Origin: Bugula neritina
Taxonomy: Eukaryota > Animalia > Bryozoa
Assembly: GCA_964035545.1 (NCBI GenBank)
Contig: OZ037766.1
Span: 1,488,001-1,552,000 of the forward strand
Length of the DNA stretch: 64,000 nt
Reading direction: 5' to 3'
In this document: piece after piece, positions 60,601 to 64,000 of the stretch
Position numbering within the stretch: the stretch's first letter is position 1
Layout of the letters: the number at the start of each line of letters is the position of its first letter
Made by a program: the position numbers and the translations under genes
The notes under the pieces: generated by a model
The model's input: the letters and a program-made list of their open reading frames with translations, nothing else
Told to the model about the DNA's origin: nothing
The model's database searches: none

Positions 60601-62808
60601 ATCAGCAGAGAGTCCGAGTGAGTAGAGAACACCATTGATATCTTCAGTACTATAGTATTACCATTGATATCTTCAGTACTATAGTATTACCATTGATATC
60701 TTCAGTGCTATAGTATTACCATTGATATCTTCAGTACTATAGTATTACCATTGATATCTTCAGTACTATAGTATTACCATTGATATCTTCAGTACTATAG
60801 TATTACCATTGACATCTTCAGTACTATAGTATTACCATTGACATCTTCAGTACTATAGTATTACCATTGATATCTTCAATACTATAGTATTACCATTGAT
60901 ATCTTCAGTACTATATTTAGTAACAAGAGACATATGTTCATAGTTTGAAGTTGTCTTCCTATTTATTGTGTGCACATCATTAGCTCACTGAATAATCTCA
61001 ACGAATTTATAGAGTAACTCAACTGATTCCATGCCGATTTACTTGTAGCTACACTGGAGAAGCGCCTCTAGTACGGGACTATGGCCATAAATCTCTAAGA
61101 TCCGAGGCTAAGGCAGAAAGGGAGAAAACTCCTGATTTCTCCAAGCGCCCTGGTAATCACAATCACTATGATAATATCTGTATGTGTCGGAGTTGTCCAC
61201 TGTTACTTGGAGTACCTCTCAGAATACAAAATATTCTATTTTGTTTTCAGATAAATACAATGTAGATATGAAGGAAATAGACCCAACATATGTCCCCAGA
61301 GGGGAGCGTTACTGTGTAAGTACATCTTATCTACTGTAAGTACACTCTACACTGTGTAAGTACATCTTATCTACTGTAAGTACACTCTACACTGTTTAAG
61401 TACATCATATCTACTGTAAGTACACTCTACACTGTGTAAGTACATCATATCTACTGTAAGTACACTCTACACTGTGTAAGTACATACTACCTACTGTAAG
61501 TACACTCTACACTGTGTAAGTACATTATATCTACTGTAAGTACACTCTACACTGTGTAAGTACATCTTATCTACTGTAAGTACACTCTACACTGTGTAAG
61601 TACATCTTATCTACTGTAAGTACACTCTACGCTGTGTAAGTACATTATATCTACTGTAAGTACACTCTACGCTGTGTAAGTACATCATATCTACTGTAAG
61701 TACACTCTAAGCTGTGTAAGTACATCATATCTACTGTAAGTACACTCTACGCTGTGTAAGTACATCATATCTACTGTAAGTACACTCTACGCTGTGTAAG
61801 TACATCATATCTACTGTAAGTACACTCTACGCTGTGTAAGTACATCATATCTACTGTAAGTACACTCTAAGCTGTGTAAGTACATCATATCTACTGTAAG
61901 TACACTCTACACTGTGTAAGTACATCATATCTACTGTAAGTACACTCTACACTGTGTAAGTACATCATATCTACTGTAAGTACACTCTACACTGTGTAAG
62001 TACATCATACCTAATGCAAGTATTGTATATAGTATCATGTTGTAGTTTGATACGTATACACTTATACAAAGTATATGTGTATACGTCTATAGTTTAATCC
62101 TATAACAAATTATCGTAACTCTGTGTAATGGCGTATATGCAGTAATATTACAATAATATAATGACATTATTTTCTACAATAAGACACAATATAATGTAAC
62201 TCAACGTAATATAACTATAGCATAGTGGTACAATATAGTGTTTGTATAATAATAATAAAATGCCGGGATATTATTCACTGAAATTAGTAGTTGTGTCCCT
62301 TGCTTGTAGCAACATGATGACCGGATGAATGACAGGTTTGAGTCAAACTTGGGATCTAGGGGAGGATATAGACATCCTAGAGGGGGTTTTAGAGGTGGAT
62401 TTAGAGGAGGTTTCAGAGGGGGTTTCAGGGGTGGATACAGAGGGGGATACAGAGGTAACTTCAGACAGAGTTTCCATGGGCCACCTAAAGAACAGTTTGG
62501 AAAATCCTACAAACAAGAGCGTGAGTATGACTTGATGCTTGGCTAGGACTTGAAATTCTGCTGTATATCACTCTTCATTATATTATTTGAGTGCCACTCT
62601 AGGCTATACCTATGTATAACTCTGAGCTATACTCAAGTATAACTCTGAGCTATACTCAAGTATTACTCTGCACTATGCTCAAGTATTACTCTGTACTTGT
62701 TACTCTTCCACAGGGAACTCAACAACTGACACCTGGAAACACGATAAGTTTGATGAACTGGAAAATGAGTTGGAGAGAAAGACAGAGCCGTCCAGTACGA
62801 CAGCCTGA
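57660..62808 (+). CDS. RS-rich nuclear protein with C-terminal Btz/SELOR-like motif and RGG box (BCLAF1/THRAP3-like), ~12 exons
   Basis: N-terminus MPDKYRSRDRHSGDTRERSRSPRRRRSRSP; 16-aa repeats SRRSETPPKSRRDSRS; C-terminus spliced in phase IDPTYVPRGERYC|QHDDR...(RGGF)n...R|NSTTDTWKHDKFDELE*, matching the P..VPR...HD.R / W.HDKF eIF4AIII-binding signature. Confidence 0.8.
59540..59882. repeat. 35-bp minisatellite (~9.5 copies)
   Basis: Unit TTCTATTATTAGATGTAGTATACACTTACTA, ending ~12 nt before an acceptor. Confidence 0.93.
60630..60915. repeat. 30-bp minisatellite (~9.5 copies)
   Basis: Unit ACCATTGATATCTTCAGTACTATAGTATT, starting ~12 nt after a donor. Confidence 0.93.
61311..62020. repeat. 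~40-bp minisatellite (~17 copies) reiterating the 5' splice site GTAAGT twice per unit
   Basis: Unit ACTGT|GTAAGTACATCATATCTACT|GTAAGTACACTCTAC; the first unit overlaps the true exon end at 61315. Confidence 0.96.
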
Positions 62809-62814
62809 GTCTGC

Positions 62815-63195
62815 ATTTGATATCTGTACAGCTGTGATTGGAGTTATCATCCCTTTAATATCTGTGCAGCTGTGACTGGAGTTGTCACCCGTTTAATATC
62901 TGTACAACTGTGGCTGGAGTTGTCATGCCTTTAATATCTGTGCAGCTGTGACTGGAGTTGTCTTACATTTAATATCTGTGCAGCTGTGACTAGAGTTGTC
63001 ACCCCTTTAATATCTAGACAGCTGTGACTGAAGTTGTCATGCCTTTAATATCTGTACAGCTGTGATTGAAGTTGTCTTACATTTAATATCTGTACAGCTG
63101 TGATTGGAGTTGTTACCCCTTTAATATCTGTAGAGCTGTGACTAGAGTTGTCTTTCATTTAATATCTGTACAGCTGTGACTGGAGTTGTCACACC
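62815..63195. repeat. ~43-bp minisatellite (~9 copies) just after the stop codon
   Basis: Unit TTTAATATCTGTACAGCTGTGACTGGAGTTGTCACCC. Confidence 0.92.
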
Positions 63196-64000
63196 TTCTG
63201 TAGATAATCAAACTCTGCTCTACACAAATCAGTCTCAAACAGTAAACTTAGCTGACAGAATTGCTATTATTATAGCTCTAAACTCTAATCAATATGCATA
63301 CTGTGCAATGCTAAAGTTAGATTGATAACCTATCTTATAACTTAATTCTGTTTTCACCTGTATTCTTTCCTGCAAATATAGAATGTTATATTAAAATAGC
63401 TCAAAATGTTGTTGCAGTGCTTCAACCCTGTCTTTGTACGCATGGCCAGGCACATTGGTTCATGTAGGCGGGCATCCACCTTGGTTATCACCTACTGATA
63501 TTGTTAGAATGTTTGTTTAATTGTGTTTTGTTCCCACCCATTGCACTACAGCTTAGCTTGTCATTCTATTGATGTAGCGTTCCCATTCATACCAGCTATT
63601 GTTTGCCGAGAGCTGTGATAATACACAGCCTATCAATAGAACTGATATTAGCTATTAATATCTTCAATCCAAGTGTAAAAGCCAAAAGATCAGTGGAAAT
63701 AGTAGCCAAGTGTACTCTGTAGTAAATGACTTTATATCTTCTTGGAATATCTCTTTATAAGGTATGTAGATTTTATTTTATTTGTAACGAAATTAAGCTT
63801 TAACTGTGACTAAATAAAATATATCACTATTATTGGAGATTTATTTTTGCAATGTTAGTAGTGTAATTAACCATTTCCTATTTAAATAAAGTCATCTAGT
63901 GAGTACTAATTAATTAGTCTTTATAATAACAGCCTCAAAATATGATAACGTTATGCTGGAACAGGTTCTGGCCATGCTGTAAAAATTAGCAAATATTTCT

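Noticed and set aside
59540-63195. 30-43-bp repeat arrays resembling CRISPR repeats in length
   Set aside because: Units are head-to-tail with no unique spacers, there are no cas genes, and the context is eukaryotic introns/UTR.

Overview
AT-rich, intron-rich genomic DNA from an invertebrate animal with a compact genome (spiralian-like; bryozoan is only my guess). It is not prokaryotic, and most long ORFs in the supplied track are artefacts of tandem repeats. Splicing by hand (GT-AG boundaries, phase checked where stated) gives 10 protein-coding genes: the 3' part of TBCD (+); a very divergent tektin-3/5-like gene (-); THUMPD1 (-) head-to-head with an MKRN2OS-like gene (+); DRC1 (-) head-to-head with RPL11 (+), which hosts three U43/SNORD43-type C/D snoRNAs; a kinase-less RHIM-like plus death-domain adaptor resembling IMD/RIPK1 (+); a Cys4 amidated neuropeptide precursor (+); a four-exon orphan gene (+); and an RS-rich protein with a C-terminal Btz/SELOR-like motif (BCLAF1/THRAP3-like, +). 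Mobile DNA comprises a hAT MITE with an 8-bp TSD, a 2.45-kb element with ~600-bp TIRs, a small MITE family and a tRNA-derived V-type SINE. The most unusual signals are: (1) five 0.5-0.7 kb cryptic 6-bp-periodic A-S-T-n-n-n tracts, each just upstream of a 3' splice site that precedes a start codon; (2) the IMD-like adaptor with LEKD, PPPY, PxQxT and RHIM-like motifs and nearby kappaB sites; (3) many private minisatellites anchored on splice sites; (4) a covarying extra hairpin in the snoRNAs. Gene names and family assignments are from recalled motifs, not database searches, and most repeat boundaries are approximate.
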